Shown here: positions 34,054-42,564 of the stretch, piece after piece
How positions within the stretch are numbered: position 1 is the stretch's first letter
Layout: the number at the start of each line of letters is the position of its first letter
Notes under the pieces: generated by a model
Seen by the model: only the letters and a program-made list of their open reading frames with translations
Databases searched by the model: none
What the model was told of the DNA's origin: nothing
Source: a virus
Length of the DNA stretch: 64,000 bases
Direction: 5' to 3' (one strand)
Virus record (IMG/VR): IMGVR_UViG_3300045988_111022
Program-made: the position numbers and the translations under genes

Positions 34054-36402
34054 GTGAAAAAAGTTATTCCCGGAAAAATTAAAACACAGCTGCGCCTTGA
34101 CGGTTACTATAATGTGCTGAACAAGTACGGCACCCAGCACGACAGCACGGAGTACTACCAGTGGGCGTCTGGCTCTGCGGTAAGCGATACGGAGCTGGCT
34201 GATCTCTATGCAGGAAACGGGTTGTTCTCAACCATTATTGATGCCCCGGCGGACGACGCAACCAAGAACGGCATCGACCTCGGCATCAAGGACAAAGACT
34301 TGCAGAAACAGCTCGACAACCACTTGCAGACCATCCGATACCAGAGCAAATTCGCCAAGGCTTTGCGCTGGGCGCGGCTCTTTGGCGGTGCTGCTGTGGT
34401 GATGCTGGTTGACGACGGGCGGCTCCTGCAGGATCCTTTGAACTGGCGTGACGTGCACGGCGTCGAAGAGCTGTTGGTATATGGCCGCAACGAAATGTAT
34501 CCTCTTTGGGTCAATGGGTATGAGAACAACCCGGACGATGAGGATTACCGCCGGGGAGGCACTGGCATCCCGGAGTACTACCAAGTCAACAGCGTGTACG
34601 GCAACTATGTTGTGCATTCGTCCAGATGCCTTGTTTTCCATAACTCGGACATCCCGGAAAGCTCCACTATGGCTAATCTCTACCGCACATGGGGCATCCC
34701 GGAGTATCTGCGCATTCGTGAAGAGCTGAGAAATGCCAGCATAGGCCCCGGCTATTCTATCCGCCTGCTGGAGCGGCTGTCGATGGTGACCTACAAGATG
34801 AAGAATCTTGCTGGTGTGCTTTCCACGGCAGACGGCGAGGATACGGTTCTTCAGCGTATGGAAATGCTTGACCTTGCCCGTAATCTGCTGAACATGGTCA
34901 TTATTGATGCCGACGGCGAGGATGTGGGCGTTCAATCCCTGTCTGTTGCTGGCGTTAAGGACATTCTGGACAATGCCTGTGCGATGTTGTCTGCTGTATC
35001 TCATATCCCACAGACGCGGCTTTTTGGGCGTTCCCCGGCGGGCGAGAATGCCACTGGAGAGAGTGACCTTGAGAATTACAAGGAATTCGTCGGAGGTCTC
35101 CAAAACGGTGACCTCCGCGATAACACCCGTACCCTCGTTGAGCTGATTCTTCGCGGCATGGTTTGGAACAGGGAAGTCGAGGAGATACCTGAGTACACCG
35201 TGACCTACAAGAGCGCGTGGAGCCCGTCTGACGATGAAAAGGCAGCACAAGACCAAGCTGCCGCAGTGGCACAGCTCACCAGAGCGCAGACCGCTGGCAC
35301 ATACGTCACAAATGGAATTGTCGAAGCTGAAGAAGTTCGCCGTGCGATGGTTCGGGACGAACAGTTTGACCCGGAGAATATTCTCACGGAAGCGGACATC
35401 CACCAAGACTGGGGTCTTGGCGGAGCCGATACCCAGCAGGAAGCCGCTGATGGTCAGCAACAGAACGTCGCGGACGCAAGCGGTCTTGTTACCGATGAGG
35501 GAGACTGCGGCTATGTGGCGGGCTTTGTCGTGCAGGATGGCAAGATCCTCTGCGGGCGTCGCTCCGATGGTCAAGGCTGGTGTGGCCCCGGTGGGCATAT
35601 CGAGCCGAAAGAAACGCCGGGGGTGGCCTTCCGCCGGGAAGCCAAAGAAGAGTTTGGAATTGACGTTGGGAATATTACCTATCTTGGTAACTGCAAAGGA
35701 AAACCGGATGAAATCCTCCCTGTGCAGATATACCGCGTCAACGACTATGCAGGTATCCCGGTGTGCGATCAGGAAGAGATGTTCACCGCCACATGGTTCA
35801 CCCCGGAACAGATTCTTGCCCAAGAGGTCCCCGGCGGGCTGGTGTTCGACCCATTCCGCAGGAGCGTGGAAGAATACCTCGACCAGCTGGGCCTGACGCT
35901 GGATGACTTCGACCCCAATAAGCACAAACGCGATGAGGACGGAAAGTTCTCCAGCATGGGGAACACAACATCAAAAGATGAATCGGGCAAGGAAAATTCG
36001 TCAAAAGACTTGAATGATTCCCAAAGTCATGCTAAAATAAATTCTAACGCAGTTTCGGCAAAAGGCGCAAACGCTTTCAAAGTGAAAGGGTTTCCCAACA
36101 AGCAGAAGCTGAACAACCACTGGCAGAACGGAAGAACCCACGCCGCTGAGTACGCTCCCGATGGCATTACAACAAAGGAGCAGTACGAAAAGCGGGCGGT
36201 TCAACTTCTGGAAAGCCCCTGTGGGAACGGTATCAAGGGCTATAAGACAAAAGATGGCCTTATATGCCGATACGATACGAAGAAAAATGACTTTGCGAAA
36301 GGTTCCCCGGAGAAAGGCGTAAGAACGATGTTCAAGCCCGATGATGGGGAAGAGTATTATAGACGCCGACTTGAGGCCGAGGGAATAGAGAACGATGAAT
36401 GA
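34054..36402 (+). CDS. Portal protein fused to a NUDIX hydrolase domain and a C-terminal nuclease-like domain (782 aa)
   Basis: Portal (DUF1073-like) spans about aa 1-470. Nudix box GGHIEPKETPGVAFRREAKEEFGI at nt 35587-35658. C-terminal ~150 aa with NHWQNGRTHAAEY.... Confidence 0.85.
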   Translation: MKKVIPGKIKTQLRLDGYYNVLNKYGTQHDSTEYYQWASGSAVSDTELADLYAGNGLFSTIIDAPADDATKNGIDLGIKDKDLQKQLDNHLQTIRYQSKFAKALRWARLFGGAAVVMLVDDGRLLQDPLNWRDVHGVEELLVYGRNEMYPLWVNGYENNPDDEDYRRGGTGIPEYYQVNSVYGNYVVHSSRCLVFHNSDIPESSTMANLYRTWGIPEYLRIREELRNASIGPGYSIRLLERLSMVTYKMKNLAGVLSTADGEDTVLQRMEMLDLARNLLNMVIIDADGEDVGVQSLSVAGVKDILDNACAMLSAVSHIPQTRLFGRSPAGENATGESDLENYKEFVGGLQNGDLRDNTRTLVELILRGMVWNREVEEIPEYTVTYKSAWSPSDDEKAAQDQAAAVAQLTRAQTAGTYVTNGIVEAEEVRRAMVRDEQFDPENILTEADIHQDWGLGGADTQQEAADGQQQNVADASGLVTDEGDCGYVAGFVVQDGKILCGRRSDGQGWCGPGGHIEPKETPGVAFRREAKEEFGIDVGNITYLGNCKGKPDEILPVQIYRVNDYAGIPVCDQEEMFTATWFTPEQILAQEVPGGLVFDPFRRSVEEYLDQLGLTLDDFDPNKHKRDEDGKFSSMGNTTSKDESGKENSSKDLNDSQSHAKINSNAVSAKGANAFKVKGFPNKQKLNNHWQNGRTHAAEYAPDGITTKEQYEKRAVQLLESPCGNGIKGYKTKDGLICRYDTKKNDFAKGSPEKGVRTMFKPDDGEEYYRRRLEAEGIENDE

Positions 36403-36592
36403 CGAAACCATTTGCCCGCTGTGTGGGCAGCATCACTTTGAAGAGAACGACGATTTTGAGGAATGCCCTGTGTGCGGTTGGGTGAATGACGGCGTACAGC
36501 GCGCAGATCCCGATTATCGCGGCGGGTATAACCGCATCAGCCTGAACGAAGCAAAAAAGAAATTTGCCGCAGGCAAAAAGGTGTTTGATTAA
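36395..36592 (+). CDS. CPCC-family cysteine-rich protein
   Basis: CPLCG.......F..CPVCGWVNDGVQ..DPDYRGGYNRISLNEAKKKF. Confidence 0.75.
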   Translation: MNDETICPLCGQHHFEENDDFEECPVCGWVNDGVQRADPDYRGGYNRISLNEAKKKFAAGKKVFD

Positions 36593-36606
36593 CAATAACG
36601 GCGTTG

Positions 36607-36658
36607 AGAGCCTTTGCAGGTGACGCGAGAGCGTCCTTTGCGAAGGCTCTTTTTGTTT
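36607..36658 (+). terminator. Terminator-like hairpin directly abutting the first tRNA
   Basis: AGAGCCTT (36607-36614) pairs with AAGGCTCT (36643-36650), then TTTTGTTT. Confidence 0.5.
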
Positions 36659-36734
36659 GCAGTCATAGCTCAGTTGGTAGAGCGCCTGCCCTCCAAGCAG
36701 GATGCCGCGGGTTCGAGCCCCGTTGACTGCTCCA
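36659..36734 (+). tRNA. tRNA-Gly(UCC)-like with a non-canonical anticodon loop (C at position 33)
   Basis: Cloverleaf GCAGTCA/TGACTGC acceptor, GCTC/GAGC D stem, CCTGC-CCTCCAA-GCAGG anticodon arm, GCGGG-TTCGAGC-CCCGT T arm, U73, encoded CCA. Confidence 0.75.
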
Positions 36735-36737
36735 TAT

Positions 36738-36810
36738 CGAGGGTTGGCCAAGTTGGATAAGGCATGGGCCTTTGACTCCCAGACCGCCGGTTCGAGTCCG
36801 GTACCCTCGA
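36738..36810 (+). tRNA. tRNA-Gln(UUG)
   Basis: CGAGGGT/ACCCTCG acceptor, GCCAAGTTGGATAAGGC D arm, loop CTTTGAC, GCCGG-TTCGAGT-CCGGT T arm. No encoded CCA. C31-U39 mismatch. Confidence 0.8.
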
Positions 36811-36815
36811 CTTAT

Positions 36816-36892
36816 GCTGGTGTAGCTCAGTTGGACAGAGCAGTTGATTTGTAATCTTCAGGTCGTGGGTTCAAATCCCATCCCCAGCTCCA
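36816..36892 (+). tRNA. tRNA-Thr(UGU)-like with a weakened anticodon stem
   Basis: GCTGGTG...CCCCAGC acceptor (1 mismatch), loop TTTGTAA, anticodon stem GTTGA/TCTTC (2 internal mismatches), GTGGG-TTCAAAT-CCCAT T arm, encoded CCA. Confidence 0.65.
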
Positions 36893-37095
36893 TCCGCAGT
36901 ACACCGTAATCGGCACCTCGATGGCATGAGGAAGCGCCGACCCCGCTCCCAACAGACCGCTGCGAAGTGTTCTGGCCTGTTCCATGACTGAGCCAGCGCG
37001 GATCCATATGCCGCGTTCCTTCCGCTTCGCCTTGGACGGATGCGCGCTGTAAGCAAAAGGTCAAACCCATTCAAGTGCTGCATGCCATGAACGTA
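36893..37095 (+). ncRNA. Uncharacterised non-coding segment co-transcribed with the tRNAs (candidate structured RNA)
   Basis: No ORF with an RBS. ATGGCATG (about 36920) and CATGCCAT (about 37080) can pair long-range. Local hairpin CGCGG-N10-CCGCG. Bounded by a terminator. Confidence 0.3.
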
Positions 37096-37131
37096 AAGGC
37101 CCTGTATCTTCAATGATGCAGGGCCTTTTTG
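37096..37131 (+). terminator. Rho-independent terminator
   Basis: GGCCCTG (37098-37104) pairs with CAGGGCC (37119-37125), then T5. Confidence 0.75.
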
Positions 37132-37174
37132 ATGCCGGCAGAGGGAAGATTCCCGGAAAGATAAAGAGGTGTTT

Positions 37175-38095
37175 ATGCCAGTGAGAAACAACGGCCCCGG
37201 CGAATACAGTCGGGCTTCTACGACAAGAAAATCAAAGGTCGAGCCGGAATACCCGCAATGGGCAGAAAGTAAGATGCGAGCCATTGAGAACAGGCGCTTA
37301 AAAGAGCTTCAAGCTGTGGTGCGCGATTCAATGCCTGAGATACTGGCCATCGCTGCGGATGAAATGGATACGGCTTCTGAAAGCATCAGAAAAGATGGAT
37401 ACAGCGACATGGTGCGCCGCATCCAGAACAGGTTCCGCATTATGCGTGATCGGCTCAGTCGGCGGCTGAAAACCGACCCGTTGGAACGTGATGTCCGCCG
37501 CTGTGCGGATTATACAGACCGCCGCCAGCTCCAAGAATGGCAACGCAGTGTCCGGGCCACACTCGGCATCGACATCAGCAAGGACTTCTTCATTGGTGAG
37601 CGGTATGAGCAGATGCTTTCAAGGTGGGTGGAGCAAAATGTTTCTTTCATAACCAGCATCGAGAGCGATTGCTTTGATGATATGGAGAAAATCATTATTG
37701 ACGGCTTTACAAAGGGCCGAACACCCGCCGCAATTTCAAATGAGATACAGCGGCGCTTCGATGTGACCAAATCGAAAGCGAACCTTTTGGCTCGCGACCA
37801 GATTGGAACATTGAGCGCAGACCTGACTCGTACTCGACAGGAGTCCGCCGGGGTAAAGGAGTACATCTGGCGTTCGTCCGGCGACGAACGTGTGCGCGCG
37901 TGCCATCGTGAACTTGATGGTAAGACGTTTCGTTATGATGACCCGCCAGCAATGTGGTACATGACGAAGCGAGGGAAAATCTACACCGGGAGACACTGCA
38001 ACCCCGGCGAGGATTACCAGTGCCGCTGTGTTGCAAAACCCGTTTTTGACTTTAATAGGCTCAATTCTCAAGCCTTTAAGGAGAAGAAACAATGA
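37175..38095 (+). CDS. Head morphogenesis protein (SPP1 gp7 / Mu F family)
   Basis: ...ARDQIGTLSADLTRTRQESAGVKEYIWRSSGDERVRACHRELDGKTF......PGEDYQCRC. Confidence 0.88.
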   Translation: MPVRNNGPGEYSRASTTRKSKVEPEYPQWAESKMRAIENRRLKELQAVVRDSMPEILAIAADEMDTASESIRKDGYSDMVRRIQNRFRIMRDRLSRRLKTDPLERDVRRCADYTDRRQLQEWQRSVRATLGIDISKDFFIGERYEQMLSRWVEQNVSFITSIESDCFDDMEKIIIDGFTKGRTPAAISNEIQRRFDVTKSKANLLARDQIGTLSADLTRTRQESAGVKEYIWRSSGDERVRACHRELDGKTFRYDDPPAMWYMTKRGKIYTGRHCNPGEDYQCRCVAKPVFDFNRLNSQAFKEKKQ

Positions 38096-39462
38096 ATCAG
38101 AAAAATCCGCCGCAAGTCCTTCGGAGCGAAATGCGTGCTGACAGCGTGCCTGTCGATGAGCATTACAGCACCGAGGGATATTTTTATGATAACCCCATCC
38201 TGACCCGCACCGGCATCTTCAAGTACAAGCTGGAAGATGGTTCGGAACGTCGAGAACTGCGCAGGCCGGAAGATGTGTTTGACCCGGCGAGCCTTGCAAG
38301 CTATGAGGGAAAGCCCATCATCATTACCCACGATGCGCAGGTGATAGACAAAGACAATGCCCGCCGGGAGAGAGTGGGAACAATCCTGACTCCCGGACAG
38401 CAGGAAGGCGAGACCGTCCGTGCCAAAATCGTCATTGACGACCCCGATGCTGTAAAGGCGTCGGGCCTGCGCGAGCTGTCCGTTGGATATTATCAGGATC
38501 TTATCATGGAACCCGGAGAGTGGGAGGGAGAGCCTTACGATGCAATCCAGACCCACATCCGCGTGAATCATCTTGCGCTGGTTGCCGTCGCCCGCGCCGG
38601 AGATGATGCAAGACTGAATATGGACGGCCAAGACAATGGAGGTACTGACCCTATGGATGACGAGAACAAGAAGACCTGCACCACCATGGACGACGATACT
38701 ACCGTGGAACCCGATAAGCAGACTGCGGATGATGGCGAAGGCGCTTCCCCTGCGACTTCGTCCCTTGACCCTGCCGGCATCGAGGCGGCTATCAAGGCAT
38801 ATCTGGCCGCTACTGGCGGTGCAACTGCTGACGATGAGAACGACCCGGCGGCGGGTGGTGACCCCACCAAGCCGACTGAGGACGATGGTGAAGATGATGC
38901 CACCACACCCGACGTTCTGGCGGACATTACGGCCCGCCGGGATGCAATGGAGGATGGTCCCGCAAAGTCCGACATCAACACCCTGCTGTCTATGCTGGAG
39001 GCTGAGAAAGCCCGTGCGGATGCCGCTGAAGACGATGTCAAACAGCCGCCCACAGAAGATGAGGACGACGCCTCTGACAATGACAGAGGCCAGCTGAACC
39101 ATGACAGTCTCGACGCCATCGTCAAGAAGAAGGTCGACCAGCGCATGGAGCTGTGCCGTCTGGGCGACAAACTGCATCTGGATGGCATGTACACCCTGCC
39201 TGTGATGCAGGCAAAGAAAAAGGTCATCAGAACTGTTCTGCCCGGTATGCGTCTGGACGGGAAAGGCGACGCATACATCAACGCAGCTTTTGACATTGCC
39301 AAGGGCAAGGTCGATGGCCGCAAGACCGTGAACGATCAGCGTCGGCAGGTGTTCAATGCGGATTCCGCAAATGCGGCGACCCGTAACGCGGGTGCCAAGA
39401 ACGACCCCGACACCGCTCGTACCCGCATGATCCAGCGTCACGCTGGCGAAAAGGAGGACTAA
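38092..39462 (+). CDS. Scaffolding-type protein (DUF2213-like) with an acidic low-complexity C-terminal half
   Basis: N-terminal ...GIFKY......R.ELR.PEDVF....L.S..GKPI...H is the DUF2213 pattern. Sits before the decoration and capsid genes. Confidence 0.7.
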   Translation: MNQKNPPQVLRSEMRADSVPVDEHYSTEGYFYDNPILTRTGIFKYKLEDGSERRELRRPEDVFDPASLASYEGKPIIITHDAQVIDKDNARRERVGTILTPGQQEGETVRAKIVIDDPDAVKASGLRELSVGYYQDLIMEPGEWEGEPYDAIQTHIRVNHLALVAVARAGDDARLNMDGQDNGGTDPMDDENKKTCTTMDDDTTVEPDKQTADDGEGASPATSSLDPAGIEAAIKAYLAATGGATADDENDPAAGGDPTKPTEDDGEDDATTPDVLADITARRDAMEDGPAKSDINTLLSMLEAEKARADAAEDDVKQPPTEDEDDASDNDRGQLNHDSLDAIVKKKVDQRMELCRLGDKLHLDGMYTLPVMQAKKKVIRTVLPGMRLDGKGDAYINAAFDIAKGKVDGRKTVNDQRRQVFNADSANAATRNAGAKNDPDTARTRMIQRHAGEKED

Positions 39463-39465
39463 GCT

Positions 39466-39954
39466 ATGAGCAATATGGCTGTACAGATGAATTACGGTGA
39501 GCCGAGCCGCGGCATGCCCGGTGGCCTTTATGACCGGGCCGAGTATGAAGCTGTGACCCGCCGCAATAGCGCTGAGGATAAGGCGCTGTGCTTTGGATAC
39601 GGTGTCGTGCAGGGTGCAGAGCCGGGAAAGGACATTGCGCTTCCTGCAACGGACGTAACTGCTGACAAGTTCGAGGGCGTTGTGATGTACAGCGCCAATG
39701 TCGAGATGGACGATGATGGTGCCGTACTCCTGCGGAAGAACCAGATCGTCGATGTCTGCCAGTCCGGCAAGCTGTGGGTGCAGCTGGTCGATTCGGTGGA
39801 GCCTGCCTATGGCCAGCCCGTGTACCTTGTGACCACTGGCGCTGACGCCGGAAAGTTTACCCCGACCAAGGGAACCAATCTGGCAGTGAAGGCGCGCTTC
39901 ATCGGCGCGGCTGTGAACGGCATCGCCCCTGCTCAGTTCGTGACTCAGCTTTAA
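39466..39954 (+). CDS. Head decoration / cement protein (DUF2190-like)
   Basis: Size, position and G-rich beta-protein pattern. Typical DUF2213-DUF2190-DUF2184 trio. Confidence 0.6.
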   Translation: MSNMAVQMNYGEPSRGMPGGLYDRAEYEAVTRRNSAEDKALCFGYGVVQGAEPGKDIALPATDVTADKFEGVVMYSANVEMDDDGAVLLRKNQIVDVCQSGKLWVQLVDSVEPAYGQPVYLVTTGADAGKFTPTKGTNLAVKARFIGAAVNGIAPAQFVTQL

Positions 39955-39968
39955 GGAGGTAGAAATCT

Positions 39969-41033
39969 ATGTCTAAATTCAATCCTTTCGACCCCGCAAA
40001 CGGCTACAGCGAGGAGGACCGCGTCGCTCTGGAGACGAAGTGCGCTTCGCTGATTAACCGCGCCTATCGCAACCCGTTCCCCGGTGCTTCGCTTCGTCAC
40101 GACGGCGCGGACAATGCGGGCATCTTCTTTGCCAAGCAGCTGGCGCACATCAAGACCAAGGCATACGACAAGGAGTTCCCGGAGCTGTCCGGCCTGAAGC
40201 TGTTCCCCCAGACAAGCGATACGGATGAGGGTGCAAGCTACACCGAGTACTACTCCTATGAGCCTGTCGGCTTCGCTGCTATCATCGCGAACTACGCTTC
40301 GGATCTGCCGCGTGTTGACGTGAAAGGCACTCCCCATCGTGCCGAAATCGTCAACATCGGCGACAGCTATGGTTACAACGTGCAGGAGCTGCGCGCATGC
40401 CGCCGGAACGCCGTTCTGGGCATCATGAAGTCTCTGGATGCTGTCCGTGCCGAAGCCGCCCGCCGGGTTTATGATGTCAAGGTGAACCACCTGATCTGGA
40501 ACGGCGACGAGAAGGCAAAAATCGTTGGTATCCTCTCTTCGGATAACAATATCCCCGTCTACACACTGCAGAACGGTGCTGGGGGCAAGGCTGACTGGGC
40601 AAACAAGACTGCCGATGAGATCGCCGCTGACATTGCCGGCATCCTGAACTACATCGACACTCTGACCCAGAGCGTTGAGCACCCGGACAGCTGGGTTATG
40701 CCGAACGACCTGTACACCGCTCTGAACCTGCGTCGCATCGATGGCACTGGCGAATCCGTGCTGTCCTACATCAAGGAGCACACTCCCCAGATCAAAAACT
40801 GGGAGACTGCTGGCGAGCTGTCCAAGAGCAACAAGGACTACAACACCACCGGAAAGAACATCGGCCTGCTGTACACCAAGGATGCCGATAAGATGTACCA
40901 TGATGTGCCTATGGCGTTCCTCCAGCATGCGCCGCAGGACCGCAACCTTGAAATCGTCATCAACTGCGAGGGCCGCGACGCCGGCATGGTTATTCCTTAT
41001 CCGCTGTCCGCCTGCCTCGTCTACGGCCTGTAA
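39969..41033 (+). CDS. Major capsid protein (DUF2184 / capsid-13-like)
   Basis: 354 aa following scaffold and decoration genes. Strong AAGGAGG RBS. Confidence 0.8.
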   Translation: MSKFNPFDPANGYSEEDRVALETKCASLINRAYRNPFPGASLRHDGADNAGIFFAKQLAHIKTKAYDKEFPELSGLKLFPQTSDTDEGASYTEYYSYEPVGFAAIIANYASDLPRVDVKGTPHRAEIVNIGDSYGYNVQELRACRRNAVLGIMKSLDAVRAEAARRVYDVKVNHLIWNGDEKAKIVGILSSDNNIPVYTLQNGAGGKADWANKTADEIAADIAGILNYIDTLTQSVEHPDSWVMPNDLYTALNLRRIDGTGESVLSYIKEHTPQIKNWETAGELSKSNKDYNTTGKNIGLLYTKDADKMYHDVPMAFLQHAPQDRNLEIVINCEGRDAGMVIPYPLSACLVYGL

Positions 41034-41048
41034 GAAAGGAGCCTGCTT

Positions 41049-41273
41049 ATGAAAATCAAGAATATCAGCGTAAAGCCGATTTGCATTGGCGATGTCTCTC
41101 TGCTTCCTGGCGAAACTGCGCAGGTCGAAACCGTCTATGCCGATGCTGTGGCGTTCTACATCAGCATGGGCTATGTGCAGGAGGTCGCAGAGAAGAAGAC
41201 CCGCGGCAAGGCAAAGGCTCCCGATACGGAGCCTAATACCGTTGCAGAGGAAGCCGCAGAGGACGAGTCCTGA
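41049..41273 (+). CDS. Hypothetical head-associated protein (74 aa)
   Basis: AAGGAG RBS. Position after the MCP. Confidence 0.55.
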   Translation: MKIKNISVKPICIGDVSLLPGETAQVETVYADAVAFYISMGYVQEVAEKKTRGKAKAPDTEPNTVAEEAAEDES

Positions 41274-41656
41274 TGGACACCGTCGATGTTGCGGCGGTCA
41301 CCAAAATCGTGAAGATGGTGGGAGCGGAGTTCAAAGAGGTGTCCGATGATGACATCGGGTTTTGGATTGAGCTTCAAGCCCCTGTTATTTCCAGAAAGAA
41401 ATTCGGCACTGATTATAATCTGGCGCTGGCTCTTTTGGTGTGCCATGCTATGAAAATGGCTGGCAACGGTGACAACTCGCTGGGGACAATTTCCGATACG
41501 GGACGGCTTGCTAGCGTATCAGAGGGCGGAGTAAGCATTTCCTTTGCGACGTCTACTGCGGGAACAGCGGGGGACGCAGCCTATCAGCTCACATCGTATG
41601 GGTTGCAGTTCATCGAGATTCGGAACAGGCATATCGTTCCCATTATGATTCGGTAA
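41273..41656 (+). CDS. Head-tail connector protein (DUF4054-like)
   Basis: ...F.....DDDI.FWIE.A......KFG.......ALLVCHAM. Confidence 0.65.
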   Translation: MDTVDVAAVTKIVKMVGAEFKEVSDDDIGFWIELQAPVISRKKFGTDYNLALALLVCHAMKMAGNGDNSLGTISDTGRLASVSEGGVSISFATSTAGTAGDAAYQLTSYGLQFIEIRNRHIVPIMIR

Positions 41657-41668
41657 GAGGGTGAATGT

Positions 41669-42199
41669 ATGGCTATTGCCGGAGAATTTGGGCTCGACCT
41701 GACCCCGGAGGGAAGAGCGGCACTGTCATTGCTGGATGAACTGGAGGACATCGTTGTTGAGGTCGGATACCAAGCCGATCAAATGGCGATTGACGGCGAG
41801 ACCTCGCTGGCAGAGATTGCCTATTGGAATCACTATGGGACTTTGCATAAGGATGGCTCCGTGATGATCCCGGCACGTCCATTCATGGATGCACTTCAAA
41901 AGCACCCCGATGAATTGGCGGAGTTCTCACAGAAAGCGGCGTCGAACCTCAATACCGCCGAAACTGTAGCGAGTGCAATCGGCGCTCAAGCTAGTTCTAT
42001 GATTCAGGACGCTATCAGAGACGAAGATTGGACGCCTAATGCGCCGATTACGGTTGAGGGTGGATGGATGGTAAACGAGTACGGCAAGAATGGCCCTGTC
42101 CCAGTCCATATTGACGGAAAAGGCTCTACAAAGCCTTTGATTGACACTGGAACCATGAGACAGCAGTGCGGATTTCGCCTCGTGAAAGGGGAAAAATGA
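41669..42199 (+). CDS. HK97 gp10-like neck/tail-completion protein
   Basis: ...IPARPFMD....... ...KPLIDTGTMRQ. Confidence 0.6.
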   Translation: MAIAGEFGLDLTPEGRAALSLLDELEDIVVEVGYQADQMAIDGETSLAEIAYWNHYGTLHKDGSVMIPARPFMDALQKHPDELAEFSQKAASNLNTAETVASAIGAQASSMIQDAIRDEDWTPNAPITVEGGWMVNEYGKNGPVPVHIDGKGSTKPLIDTGTMRQQCGFRLVKGEK

Positions 42200-42564
42200 A
42201 CATCTTCAAACGGTCTTACAAAGTGCGGCGGTACGGAAGAACCAGCTGGGAAGATGGTGTGGCGTCCGCCGGGTATGAGGATGTGCAGCTTATGCTGGAT
42301 GTTCAAGCCAAGACGAGACGGAACCAAGATGACCCGGCGGGCAGGACGACCGCGGGAACGCTGACGGTGTACAGCGACATGGAGCTTCACCCGGCGGAGT
42401 CTGACGATCAGACGGACGGTGACCGCTTGTTCTACATGGGCAAGTGGTACGTCTGCAAGTCGTCGATTTACTGGGGGAACACTATTCTGTCGCACTGGAT
42501 TTCGGAGTTTGAGGCGGTCGATGGCGAGAATGAAAGGGGGAAGAGGGACGATGACGGAAGCTGA
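42196..42564 (+). CDS. Head-tail joining protein (hypothetical)
   Basis: ATGA coupling. Position. Confidence 0.5.
   Translation: MNIFKRSYKVRRYGRTSWEDGVASAGYEDVQLMLDVQAKTRRNQDDPAGRTTAGTLTVYSDMELHPAESDDQTDGDRLFYMGKWYVCKSSIYWGNTILSHWISEFEAVDGENERGKRDDDGS

Noticed and set aside
36858-37284. Minus-strand ORFs 36858-37070 and 36871-37284
   Set aside because: They overlap tRNA-Thr and a plus-strand terminator, have no RBS, and are more likely non-coding RNA sequence.
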